Assembly: GCF_037042905.1 (NCBI RefSeq)
Contig: NC_087245.1
Coordinates: forward strand, 43,836,001-43,900,000
Direction: 5' to 3'
Origin: Lytechinus pictus
Taxonomy: Eukaryota
DNA length: 64,000 bases
Shown: one piece after another, positions 26,291 through 41,053 of the stretch
How the letters are laid out: the number at the start of each line of letters is the position of its first letter
How positions within the stretch are numbered: the stretch's first letter is position 1
Notes under the pieces: model-generated
Databases searched by the model: none
Seen by the model: the letters and a program-made list of their open reading frames with translations, nothing else
What the model was told of the DNA's origin: nothing
Program-made: the position numbers and the translations under genes

Positions 26291-27294
26291 TTTAACCCTG
26301 AACAATCTTTTACTTTCCCATGCTCTGATTAATACCTTTACCTGCTGAAACCACATATCGTCATATAATGCGCAGTACCAGTTTATTATACTGATTTCAA
26401 GAAATTGGAAGGAGGAGAGGGACAAATAAGTTTTGTTGGTAAAACTTTACGCCTACAACAAGGTATGAATTAGGTATGTTACAAAAAATATTGTGATGAA
26501 TGTCAATGAATGGCTGTAATGAATGTCGAATATCGCAACTTCAAACAGAAGTGCAGTTACTGGGCAGGGGCGGATCCAGCTTTCGCCAAAAGGGGGGGGG
26601 GCGGAATTTTTTTCAGCCATATTTTCCCCGATCGGCCGCTCGAAGATGATTTTTGTTTCTTTGAAGGGGTAGTCCTAATAGTCACTTCTTAGTCTTATGA
26701 TGCATTGCAAGAAACTTGCGATCAATTGCAAGTCTATTTTTGGTCTCTAAATCAATCACATGTCTTGTAGTTAATTATAAATTGGTGACTGATTGCTAAT
26801 CTGCTCCTTGAAACAAGAAGTTTAGTCTGATTTGCTACAGCTAACATTGATCTATCAGTGATAAAATTGCAACGGAATATTTGCAATTGATCGCAAATAT
26901 TTTCTTGCAACACCCCATTATTCTTATAAATCAACATTAATATATAATATTATAATCCTTATTTATATAATGCGAGCGCGAAGCGCGAGCTAATTTTTTT
27001 TTTGAAATTTTATGTATTTTTTCCTAAAATTTGAACATTCTGGGCAATGTTTATCTTGAAAAAGATGTGTATGCAACTAAATAACTACTACGAACGCAAA
27101 ATGCGTGCAGAAATGAACTGATGGAAAAGGTACCTGTTAAAGACTGCTTGCAGTTAGCCGTGAAGACGTTACATATTTAAAAAATCAAATGCGAGCGCGA
27201 AGCGCGAGCTGAAATTTTTGATATTTTTACCTACCGAATGGAAATTCTAAGCACTTTTGTAACTTAAATAGATTAGTTATATACACTATATATA

Positions 27295-28279
27295 CAGTGC
27301 GTATCAAAAAAAGTTTACACTTAGAAAAAGTCCTGTAAAATTATACATTTGTGATATCCTGAAGATTTTTCCACATTTTAACATTGGTACAGATCCATTT
27401 AAGCAAATGATGATATAACTGTCAAAAAATATTTGCGCTTGAGTGAGCACCACTTTCTTTTGAAAAGTTAGTGAAAAATGATTTGCGCAGAACTTTGAAT
27501 TAGTTATGCGAATAAAAGTAGACCTTAATCATGAAGAACACATAGAATTTAGCAAGTAAAATGAATTTGAAGATAGCTTTTACCTTTTTAAACTTGTTTC
27601 CTTGCCCAAAACACTTCGAAGAGTGCATTGCGCCCCACCCCACTCCCCCACACACCAAGGCCATTGTGACGATATTTGCTTTACACTGAGCTGTGATTTA
27701 TATGAAATGGCTTAGGCTTGATTTTCATTTTGTTAATCATTGTCAAGCTGGGGAAAAGTGTGGAGAAACAAGTATTGAATGAAAAGTGAAATGTAAACCC
27801 ACTTTACATGATAGAACCTCAGTGAAAAATGCTGGAGATGTCTGATATAAACTTTTTTTCAGATTCAGTTATGTCCTCAGATCCAGCTGGTACAAAAACG
27901 GTAAAGGTTGTGCTCACTATAAGTGTTGAAATTTCAATTTGGGTGGCAAAATTGTTACAAAATGTTTGAATGTATACGCTTTATTCAATTGACTAAAAGT
28001 GCAAGGGAAATGTATGAGAAATGTTTCGCAGGGTAAGTTTGATTTCGCCCTTTCCCCTTGACACAACGTGAAAACGAGCATTTCTGCGCAAACAGATTTC
28101 TGCGAGCTTTACAAAAATGGACAGTGCTCACTCAAGTGTAACATTCTGTCAAAACTTTTACTTTCATTGGATAGATGAGACCCAAACCCAAGATTACATG
28201 TGAAAAATTACCCACATGTTGTATATTTTTTAATTCCCAGGGCTTTTTCAAAGTGTAAACTTGTTTTTGATACGCACTG
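27295..28279. mobile_element. Tc1/mariner-type non-autonomous element
   Basis: TA|CAGTGCGTATCAAAAA.AAGTTTACACTT ... inverted copy ending TACGCACTG|TA, inserted in a TA run. Confidence 0.88.
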
Positions 28280-28432
28280 TATATATATATATAGATATAT
28301 ATAATGAGATGAGGCGAGGCCAACTCAACAGATGACGCAGGACACCATCATCTGTTGAGTTGGCCTCGCCTCATCTCATTATGTTTAATATTCACAACTC
28401 GACAGCGATGGGTAGAAGTAAACTTATCATCA

Positions 28433-28436
<4 letters not shown>

Positions 28437-28499
<63 letters not shown>
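28437..28499. repeat. (TA)n microsatellite
   Basis: Directly visible. Confidence 0.95.
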
Positions 28500-28501
<2 letters not shown>

Positions 28502-28543
28502 GTGATGAGGCCAACTCAAAAGATGACGCAGGACATCATTTCA

Positions 28544-28581
28544 GCTTTAGCTTTCGTCTTTAATAAGACTTCGTCAGAAGC
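28544..28581 (-). ncRNA. Minimal type I hammerhead ribozyme motif (Penelope type)
   Basis: Minus strand GCTT-CTGACGA-A-GTCT(TATTAA)AGAC-GAA-AGCT-A-AAGC: core boxes, 4-bp stems I and II, palindromic AGCT stem III. Confidence 0.7.
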
Positions 28582-29119
28582 GTCTGGAAAATATAAGGAG
28601 ATACAACATCCAAGTTTGTCTTGCACACCAATGAATTATCATTAAGTAAAATATGTTCCATAATCTCATTAGAAAGATGAATGAATGAATAAATTAATTA
28701 ATTGATAAATAACAAATAATTAATTCGATTGAAATAATAATTATATAAATGAAGAATACATACCTGTAATTACAGACTATTATGGTCAGGATGCCTACCG
28801 TATTCTATCTAGTTCTTAAAGGAAGTGTCACAAATTAATTTGTGACACTTCCTTTTTGACATTCTGACCTAAAACATTGACATTCTAAGTACTTTTTGTA
28901 ATCATGAACAGGAAAGGTACATAATAAAGAATGCGAGCCGAAACAAAATTAAGATTTAGACCTAAAAAAACTCGTCACTCTCTTCATGTTTTGTAAATCA
29001 TGAAAAGAATGGGTAATTGGTTATCCTACATCAATAATGCGAGCGAGAAGCGAGAGCAGAAAACTTTTTATATCCTAAACTGAAACTGGATAATTTAAAT
29101 AAAGAACAAGCTGCGTGTA

Positions 29120-31315
<2,196 letters not shown>

Positions 31316-31345
31316 TGCGTGTATATCAATAAACACGAGTGTGAG

Positions 31346-33751
31346 CAGTGGCGTAACTACGGGGGGAGGGCACCAGGCGTAGCTACGGGGGGGCCTGGGG
31401 GGGGGGGGCACGTGCCCCCCCTTGAGATTTGGTGTGCCCCCCAGGTGCCCCCCCCCCCCCTGAAAAAAATTGGCAGAGCAAAAAAAAAAGAAAAAAGGGA
31501 GAAAGAAGAAAAGAAAAAGGAAAAGAAGAAGAAAGACAGAAGAAAAAAGAAGAAGAGGAAGACGAGTGAATGAAATAATGTGAAGGGAAGACTTGCAAAA
31601 AAAACAAATCTTTCATGTTACTATATAAAACTTTTGCTTGCGCTTCGCGCCAGAATTGCCTGTTCGATGAGATTCATATCTTGTTCAATAGGCTGATATG
31701 GAGCAAGTTTTGAAGTCAATATACAAAATATATTTTAGCTCGGACATCGAGCTTTCATCATTTTTTTTTTCATTAACAAATTTAAGTGCTCTAGCTGTAA
31801 AATGTCCCTTTTATAGTCTACATATCAGCATTTTTAAGCTCACGCTGCGTGGTCAAATTGTTTGATTTGCCAAGTTCCTATTGTGTACGTGTATTCCATA
31901 ATGTTCCATTAAACAAATGTATTCAGACTGCCCAGATTCTAGGTCTAAATCTAAAACATGCGCGATAGCCTGCATGTTCTTTATATTAAATGTACTTAAA
32001 TTATCCAGTCTCACATCAGAATTTCAATAATTGTCTGCTCACGATTCACGATCGCATTATTAATGATACCCAATTAACTATATCATATTTATGATTTACA
32101 AAATATGAATAGAGTGTCCCGCTTTAAGGTCTAAAATCTCAATTTTCTTCCTCTCGCGCTTCGCGCTCGCATCAATTTTTTAGTTACGTAACTATCCCAT
32201 TTATTAATACAAAAAGTGCTCAGAATGACAATTTTTTAGGTCGGAACGTCAAAAAAATTTGCTCGCGCTTGCATTATTGAAATATATACTGTCTTCGTTG
32301 GTAACTGTAAGCAGTCCTTAACAGGTCCCTTTTCGATAATGCTAGAACAGTTAATAAAAATTTCTGCTCGCGCTTGGCATTCGCAGTAACCATCTAGTTA
32401 CATACGAATCTTGTTCAGGATCACACATAACATTGCCCAGAATATTAAATTTTCAGGACAAAATACATGAAAGTAAAAAAAAATCGCTCGCGCTTCGCGC
32501 TCGCACTTTTTATAAGGCTTATGAGACTATTTCATGGTTATGTTGTTTTATAAGAATAAAACTAAGAAGTGACTGATCGGGGGAAATATAGGTGAAGATA
32601 ATTTCGGGCCCCGTCCCCTATTGGCGAAAGTCGGATCCGTCCTTGTGACACATACACACACAACGGAAAAAATGGTGCCCCCCCCCCTGAAAAAGCAAGG
32701 ACCCCCCCAGTGCCCCCCCCCCCTCCCCCCAGGCAAAAAATCCTAGCTACGCCTCCCAATCGGCTGACCAAAAAAACCGGGGAAAAGGAGAAAAAAAAAG
32801 GAGAAAGGAAGAGAAACGCAGTGGGAAAAAAACTATTGTTCATTTCAATGTTATTTTACATTACAATTATGTTATGTCATATTACATAAGAAACATTTTT
32901 TTCATAACTTTATAAAACATAATTTGCTCAGGGCCTATGTCATTGTTCCTAGTGCTCGCATTTTCTGCTTAACGAGATGTATAATCCTGTTTTCAAGTCA
33001 ACATACACCAAATATATTTCCTCGCACTTCAAGTTATTATTGTTTTATGCACAATAGTATGCTTCTTTTTCATGACTACTTAAAGTAGGCCATTTTAAGG
33101 TCTTAATATATAATACATTTCCTGTCCGTGCTTACGGACGCATTAGTGGATTGGTGAGATATGTCTGCTCTCCATGAATTCCTAAAATCAGTCCTTAAAA
33201 TGCCCGTTTTTCATGTCTGAATATCAAAAATTTTCAGCTCGCACTTCGCGCGAGCATCATTTTGGTTAGTGAAATACGTATGGTCTTGGTGGATTCTTAC
33301 AAACAAGCTTTAGAATGCCCCTCTTCAGATCTGAATCTTCATCTCGCGCTTAGCACTCGCAATATTTGATTAGTGAGATGCGTATGATAATCATGATTAC
33401 AATGACTACAAAAGTGCTTCATGTGTTCAGTTGTAATTATAACAAAGTCAGCAAGCGCTTGGCACTCGCATTAGATGACTATCATATACTCATAATGAAT
33501 TCCTAAAATATAGTCCTTAATATTTCCGTTTTGGGTCAATATTTTTAATACACAAAAAATTTCAGCTCGCGCTTCGCACTCGCATTATTTGATCAGTGAG
33601 ATGCATATCCGTTTAATGGCACTGTCCTTAAAATGTCTCTATTAGGTCAGTATACCTGACAACTGAGCGCGCCCGCGCGCTCACCAAGTGACTCAATTTT
33701 TTTGCTGGTGCCCCCCCCCCCCCCCATGCCGTGACCCACGGCACGCCACTG
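31346..33751. mobile_element. hAT-like non-autonomous element with a nested related element (~31374-32755)
   Basis: AGTGTGAG|CAGTGGCGT ... ACGCCACTG|CGTGTGAG (7/8 TSD); inner AGGCGTAGCTA ... TAGCTACGCCT; 32950-33751 parallels 29975-30927. Confidence 0.75.
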
Positions 33752-34453
33752 CGTGTGAGTGTTTTCGATTTATACCTCTGGGCATTCAGCACGAGCTGAA
33801 AATCTTTGATATTCCGATCTGAAAAAGATCAATTTAAGCACTATAGTAGACCGGCCAAAAGTAAAAAAGTGCTCTAGATAAGGATTCGACGGCAAAATTT
33901 GTTAATGCTTGGCATCCCAGCTAAAAGTCTTGCAAAAATACCCAGGAATAGCGTACGGCCGGATGCCAAGCGCAATTTTGCGTGAAAGTGTAATTTTTTG
34001 CGTAAAATCTGAAAGAATGTCGAAAATCACGCATTTTGATATTTTGACGGATTATTTTAATATTTTAAATTATCTTTGATATGAAATTATTTTTATTCAG
34101 AGTTTCAAATTATAAGTCTCATAAATATGCCTTTCAAATTTGAATATTACACACACACATATGGCACAGGAAAACATAAAACCGCGATTTCCTCAAAATA
34201 AAAGTTTGTGAAAACTATCAATAGTTTGAAGTTTTTTACGCAGCTTAAATTCTTCGATTTAACTGCGTTTATCCATCAAATGTATAGTAAATGTCCTAAT
34301 GTCACAAATATTAAAAGAATTTTTAAGTAAGATGGAAGATATCTCACTTTATGTTATTTATGAAAGGAGACAATGTGCATTTTACCAGGTGCGCATTTTG
34401 AAAGAAAAATTGAAAATACCGTACATTATGTACATAATTACATGTATAAGTAC

Positions 34454-36606
34454 TGTGGCGAAAATGGAGGGAAGGGGGAAAGAGATGTGCTTCACGGGGG
34501 CTCTTCAATCCCACCGCTGCCCCCGGTGTGGCGAAAATAGAGGGGGGGTGTGGTTCACAGGGGCTTTCCAATCCTTCTCTCTCTTTTATATCAACTATAG
34601 TTCGAGGGGGTATGGGTAGTACTGGGAAAATGGGGTACGGGGCGCTTCTCTCTCGATCAATCCCTCTCTTGGTAGCGAGCGGTCAACAAAGCAACAGTGG
34701 GGCTGAGATCCACGCATTGTGTATGACATAGGTGCTAAACCAATGACGACACGGAGAGCATAATCTTGCAGTGCAACTATATTGGGGCTCTACAGCTCCC
34801 ATTTTATTGATACTACTTCCAACCAATCATACTGATGCAGTGTATATACAGTGAAGGCCAATACCAATGCATTATACATGGCCATATAAAAAGTGAACAT
34901 GATAAATATAATAATAGAACAAGCCAATGAGAACTTGGGTCGGCGCAGGCATCAATGTTTTGGACTATATATATCCCTTGACCCATAACAGTATATAACG
35001 GTCCCTAATCTATCTGCATAATCCCTTCTCATTGCACTGTGGGGCTGGCTTGGCAAACATTGCGAGGAAGGGGTTTGGAACAGGTATATGAGTACATCAT
35101 TAATGTACTATGCATTAAAGTAAGCTGTCCCTTGCTTTCCCAACTGCGCCTGTCAGCCTAACTGCCCACATGCCTGAGTCTTTCCTACCCTAATGATTAA
35201 GTCCCTGTGTAAACAGTGGATGGTGGAACCCCAACAAGTTTATGTAACAATTTGCCTAACCCTATTAAACTCTTCTCCTATGTAAACCCATGGGCAGTGC
35301 TTTAGTGTACACTAGTAACCCCATACTAACAATGGATACCCCTTGTTTTGGTATGGCTATGCAAACAGCCATGGCAATGAGATGACCATAATATACGTAG
35401 GGGAGGCTAGGACGCTGTTCGTGTAATACACATACTAGGCAGCCCCGTGGTAGTTCCTCGACCCATGTATTATTATGTAACCCCATACCAAGGATGTAGC
35501 AAGCCCTATGAATCCCCCTTGTTTTGGTATGGCTATGCAAACAGCCATGGCAATGAGACGACCATAATATACGTAGGGGAGGCTAGGACGCTGTTCGTGT
35601 AATACACATACTAGGCAGTCCCGAGGTAGTTCCTCGACCCATGTATTATTATGTAACCCCATACCAAGGATGTAGCAAGCCCTATGAATCCCCCACTAAC
35701 CTAACGTGATGTGGCCTAGTATGTACACCCCATAGAGCAATTGGGGATGCACAGCCAGTACATGGATGCTGTTCGTGTGAGCAAGCTAGCTCGAGCATTT
35801 ACTAGGCTACCCATTAGTAACTGTGCACCACCTCTCACCCATAGGCGTTGTATACCAGCCTTCTGCCCCCCACCCAACCCAAGGTGGATGTAGATGGTAA
35901 CCTACATTGATGTTGATGCCTGGCCCCCCAGTCTCACGACTGAAATTTAGATGCTTGGTGGTACGGAAGTTGCCTGCTCGAGTCTGCTCTGGAAGTGCCT
36001 CTCTTTTACCCGAAAAATCCTCCCTATTTATACCCTTCGAGCGAGCCCTTCTATACCACTCAAGCATAGACTCTGGGAGAGTTACATAAGCATTACTTCT
36101 GCTCATTAAGCATTGTAAACCCCGGAAGATAGTTTTACCCATAGGGAGCTGTACTTAAAATTCAGCTATTTCTCCCCACTCTAAACACAGGGGCTGGAAT
36201 TAGCCCGGCCAGGGTAACTATATCTGGCCTCGATCATAACCTCCCTTGTTCTCTATATACTCCTAAGAGTTACAATAAATCACTTAAGTCAATACCTCCC
36301 GAATTATACCTTAACTACTGGAGTTGAGCTGGAAGTAGGGCTGTGCGGTATTGGATGGGTTAGTGCTAGGTTTTCACAAGCTTCTATTGTCTGGAGATTT
36401 TGGTCATTTATAAAAAGGTAGTTTAAGCCTATTTCACTCCTGGGTAACGGTCAATCAGTGCTACTGCGTGTAGGTGTTGGTCGGCCTGGGAGTGAAACGG
36501 TTAAACTGGAGAGAATTTTGCCTGTCCATCTCTTCCCGCGAGAGGGCTCTTTACCTTAAAGCTGCATTGTGGGTTTTCACCTAGCTTAAAGTGACATTTC
36601 GTCACA
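34454..36606 (-). repeat. 3' LTR, 2153 bp, containing a ~178-bp tandem duplication (~35339-35694)
   Basis: TGTGGCGAAAATG ... CATTTCGTCACA inverted termini; direct repeat of 39804-41053 joined to 55073-55975. Confidence 0.95.
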
Positions 36607-36619
36607 CAGCCCCCTCCCC
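36607..36619 (-). other. Polypurine tract
   Basis: Minus strand GGGGAGGGGGCTG abutting the 3' LTR. Confidence 0.85.
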
Positions 36620-37849
36620 AGCTCGATACTCCTGGATCGAGGAAATTACTTTGGTCTGGCAAAATATTTTCCATTCCATCAACACATTGACTAATACCGT
36701 CCTACCAAAGTGCAAAAAAAAAGACCTACATAACTATCTACTTCCATCTAAATTCTTGCTCTACTTACATCTACTTGGGGTTCCTAAACAATGCTATATA
36801 CCCCTCTAATCGGCTAAGTCACAATACAAAACAAAACAAGTGATCATTCACCCCTCTAGTGTTCTACCATATCCCTTATAGTAACACACATATTTGAGTG
36901 AAAATCTTATCCGTTTTGAGCACACCAAAGTTGCAATAAGCAACGAAATCTTACTGTACCTCTACGAAACCAATGTCTTACTAAAATATAATAATAACTC
37001 ATACCTACGCAACCGAATCAAGTTCGTACTAAGACATTAGACCAATTTACTCTCTACATCCCTAAATAAGCCTACTATGACACCATAAACACACATCTAT
37101 GTAATACTCATGTATAACAAGAGTATATCTACCACCTACCAATTTGCGTTACATCCCGATCCTTGACTATTAAACTATTCAACAAAGTCTACCAACGTTC
37201 TAATATTCTCTTCTACCTTCCTCAAGAAAACACACTTAATACAAAGAAAGTTATAACATTGCAGTCTGACACTTTAACTCTAAACCATCGTGGATTGACG
37301 TACATAACTATATTGACGTACATAACTCTAGCCGTGTCTTGCTAAGGACAAGGAAAATAGATAGTAGAATGCAGTGACAAAGATGAGTGACAAGAAGGTT
37401 GTGAGGAAAGAAGGGAGAATAGTCTGCTTCTAGGTAGTCTGCAGAGGTATTATAGGAGGGTAGGAAAGTTTGTTAAAAAGAATAAGGTATGGAAATTCGT
37501 TAATGCAAGTAGTGGAGAGTAGTAGGATAGTACTACGCTGAGTAGCGTGACAGATTTGAAGTGCCGAGAAGAAATGGCAAGGAAAAGAGAAAAGAGAATA
37601 AGGATACAATAGAACCTACGTTTTATCAACAAAAATAATGAACCATACCTATCAATGCCAAAGCATTAGACGTAGTCATCAAGGTATACAGTCCTTCGCT
37701 TTTGATATACTCATGACCCACTAAAATCAAATCTACTGCTCTTATAGAAATCAGGGTTCAAAGTCTATTCAGTCTCTTAATCCTGCGTCTTTCATTTAAA
37801 GAGAGGCCAATCATCATGCCCAATGTCTTTCCAGTCATTGTTCAAATCA

Positions 37850-38330
37850 TTATCGATGGGGCATTACACAACCCATATTTCTCCTTCCCTTGGTCCATTC
37901 TAGTAGAAAGGGCTGCTCTCGATTCCTCGTGTCCTCATTGTCCTCATCCAGTTCCAAACTGCGGAACCATTTGCTTCTCCTAACAGTTGTTTGGTGTTGC
38001 CAGTCCGTGTGATTGGATAGGCATCGTTTAATGCGACGTCATCGATTTTCCAAAATTCAACACAGAACCTTGTCGAAACATTCCTTTTCTCCGTAACACA
38101 AAAAGGTGATTAACATGGGTTGCAAGATGGTTCATTCCATTGACCAGCATTTTCCAACCAGTTCATCTGCCTCAGTCTGCTTCCACCTTACAAACCGTAC
38201 TGGTGACTGCCTGATGTGTGTCATTCATCTCGTATGAAGATGATGCTTACTCAATCCATAACAATTATCACTGTCCGCCCTGGCAAATAAAGTTGACATT
38301 CCGCGAAAAAAACGTTTTACTGCGGCCTCC
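37850..38330 (-). pseudogene. Highly decayed gypsy reverse transcriptase relic
   Basis: Fragments HIRQSPVR, EPSCNPC*SP, STRFCVEFWKIDDVALNDAYPI (cf. RFCVDYRKLN..DAYPLP) and KYGLCNAPS (cf. MPFGLCNAP), interrupted by stops and frameshifts. Confidence 0.8.
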
Positions 38331-38954
38331 TGCCCATGATTCCAGTGTTCACTAAATGATTTGATTGAACTTGGACGTCATAGTCCAAATGTCCTTCTCC
38401 ATTCAAGAATGTAGAGTTTCTGTTATAAGCTATGTGTGAACGTCCTGTCAATCGTTGGGATTGATACACAAATCAATTGTGATTCAGCTCCTCCACTGAT
38501 CCACGTTATCACTGTTTGCTTACGTCTCACCGTGGTTGTAGCGACAGAAGGTCCAACGAATATCATTTGCATATAACAGTCAATTGTATATGAAGTAGAG
38601 TCCATATAACTGTTTCCGGTGAATCTCGTACACATAACTTAATCTCTGCTACCAAGTATCACACAAATCATAGGCACACAGAACTGCACTGTATCCCCAC
38701 TAATAGCAGGTACACACTTTCAAGTGCTCTAGCCCTGTCCATGTGCCCATAACAGCGGTCAACTTGAAAGGCCGATTGTTCAGTTTCTTTTCACTACTCT
38801 CCGTCCGCTTGTATATTACGACAGGCTTCTGTTTTGTTTTGCTCTACCATATCAACACTGATTTCCTACCACTCTGCTTCTCCAAGTCTCATCACCGGTG
38901 TCTCCCGAGTTTTGCTTTGCGACCCTAGCATTTCGGTCTAAGCGGCTCTGCCAT

Positions 38955-39615
38955 GCCATCTCTGTCCTGCTGTCTCACTGGCCATGCTCCGCCTTCACAG
39001 CCCTGCTATCTCCATGGCTCTGCATGGCCGTCACAGCCCTGCTGTCTCCTGGCTCTGCCGTCACAGCCCTGCTGTCTCACTGGCTCTGCTCTGCATGCCG
39101 TCACAGCCCTGCTGTCTCACTGGCTCTGCTCTGCATGCCGTCACAGCCCTGCTGTCTCCCTGGCTCTGCTCTGCCGTCACAGCCCTGCTGTCTCCCTGAC
39201 TCTGGTACCTGCTGTATATTGGATACTGCAAGTGATTGCGTAGCTCGTGGATTGTAGCGGTCAGTACCTGCTATGTTAGGTACTGCTAGGTGTACTGCTG
39301 CCTGTTGATTGTAGTGGTCAGTACCTAGCCGTTGTGTTAGGTACTGCTAGCTGTACTGCTGCCTGTTGATTGTAGTGGCCAGTACCTGTTGTGTCAGGTA
39401 CTGCTAGATGTACTGCTGCCCGTTGATTGTAGTGGTCAGTACCTGATGTGTTAGGTACTGCTAGCTGCACTGATTTCCGTTGATTAATTGTAGTGGTCAG
39501 TACCCGTTGTGTTAGGTACTGCTAGGTGTACTGCTGCCCGTGGATTGTAGTGGACAGTACCTGATGTGTTAGGTACTGCTAGGTGTACTGCTGCCCGTTG
39601 ATTGTATTGGACAGT
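38955..39615. repeat. Two adjacent minisatellites (~40-bp unit at 38955-39200; 57-bp unit, ~6 copies, at 39250-39615)
   Basis: Units GCCGTCACAGCCCTGCTGTCTCACTGGCTCTGCTCTGCAT and GATTGTAGTGGTCAGTACCTGATGTGTTAGGTACTGCTAGGTGTACTGCTGCCCGTT. Confidence 0.9.
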
Positions 39616-39784
39616 TTGTTTGACCTAGCACCAACTCAGCTCGCCGACAGCTTCCCCTCCGCTTTCAGTTCTGCTGCCTCCAACTAGCTCAGCCTTGCTC
39701 CTACAGCACAGTTCGCTATTGATGTGGTACTGCTACCAGTTTGCCCTCCGGTATCTGGTGATTAACAATAGTCAATTAATCTCA

Positions 39785-39802
39785 ATCCCACCGCTGCCAC
39801 CA
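39785..39802 (-). other. Primer binding site for tRNA-Leu(AAG/TAG)
   Basis: Minus strand TGGTGGCAGCGGTGGGAT, 1 nt from the 5' LTR; complementary to the conserved metazoan tRNA-Leu 3' end ATCCCACCGCTGCCA-CCA. Confidence 0.9.
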
Positions 39803-39803
39803 G

Positions 39804-41053
39804 TGTGGCGAAAATGGAGGGAAGGGGGAAAGAGATGTGCTTCACGGGGGCTCTTCAATCCCACCGCTGCCCCCGGTGTGGCGAAAATAGAGGGGGGGTG
39901 TGGTTCACAGGGGCTTTCCAATCCTTCTCTCTCTTTTATATCAACTATAGTTCGAGGGGGTATGGGTAGTACTGGGAAAATGGGGTACGGGGCGCTTCTC
40001 TCTCGATCAATCCCTCTCTTGGTAGCGAGCGGTCAACAAGGCAACAGTGGGGCTGAGATCCACGCATTGTGTATGACATAGGTGCTAAACCAATGACGAC
40101 ACGGAGAGCATAATCTTGCAGTGCAACTATATTGGGGCTCTACAGCTCCCATTTTATTGATACTACTTCCAACCAATCATACTGATGCAGTGTATATACA
40201 GTGAAGGCCAATACCAATGCATTATACATGGCCATATAAAAAGTGAACATGATAAATATAATAATAGAACAAGCCAATGAGAACTTGGGTCGGCGCAGGC
40301 ATCAATGTTTTGGACTATATATATCCCTTGACCCATAACAGTATATAACGGTCCCTAATCTATCTGCATAATCCCTTCTCATTGCACTGTGGGGCTGGCT
40401 TGGCAAACATTGCGAGGAAGGGGTTTGGAACAGGTATATGAGTACATCATTAATGTACTATGCATTAAAGTAAGCTGTCCCTTGCTTTCCCAACTGCGCC
40501 TGTCAGCCTAACTGCCCACATGCCTGAGTCTTTCCTACCCTAATGATTAAGTCCCTGTGTAAACAGTGGATGGTGGAACCCCAACAAGTTTATGTAACAA
40601 TTTGCCTAACCCTATTAAACTCTTCTCCTATGTAAACCCATGGGCAGTGCTTTAGTGTACACTAGTAACCCCATACTAACAATGGATACCCCTTGTTTTG
40701 GTATGGCTATGCAAACAGCCATGGCAATGAGATGACCATAATATACGTAGGGGAGGCTAGGACGCTGTTCGTGTAATACACATACTAGGCAGCCCCGTGG
40801 TAGTTCCTCGACCCATGTATTATTATGTAACCCCATACCAAGGATGTAGCAAGCCCTATGAATCCCCCTTGTTTTGGTATGGCTATGCAAACAGCCATGG
40901 CAATGAGACGACCATAATATACGTAGGGGAGGCTAGGACGCTGTTCGTGTAATACACATACTAGGCAGTCCCGAGGTAGTTCCTCGACCCATGTATTATT
41001 ATGTAACCCCATACCAAGGATGTAGCAAGCCCTATGAATCCCCCACTAACCTA
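39804..41053 (-). repeat. 5' LTR, PBS-proximal part (1250 bp)
   Basis: Matches 34454-35703; only difference seen is G40040 vs A34690. Confidence 0.95.

Larger units (their letters stand above)
28302..28620 (-). mobile_element. Penelope-like element terminal remnant (partial inverted pLTR in a (TA)n tract)
   Basis: Perfect 33-bp inverted repeat at 28302-28380, a second copy of the same arm from ~28499, a (TA)n array between them, and a hammerhead motif. Confidence 0.65.

Noticed and set aside
35807..36142. 111-aa ORF repeated at 55176..55511 (and the 91/75-aa ORFs) as duplicated genes
   Set aside because: Identity is explained by the LTR duplication; no recognisable domain, and the ORF overlaps the candidate TATA box
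38898..39257. Cys-rich metallothionein-like ORFs (PSQPCCL repeats)
   Set aside because: Antisense translation of a 40-bp minisatellite that gives the same peptides in all three frames
34454..41053. Tandem segmental duplication or assembly artefact
   Set aside because: The repeats have TG..CA termini, PBS, PPT, a TSD and a distinguishing base, all as expected for a real LTR pair
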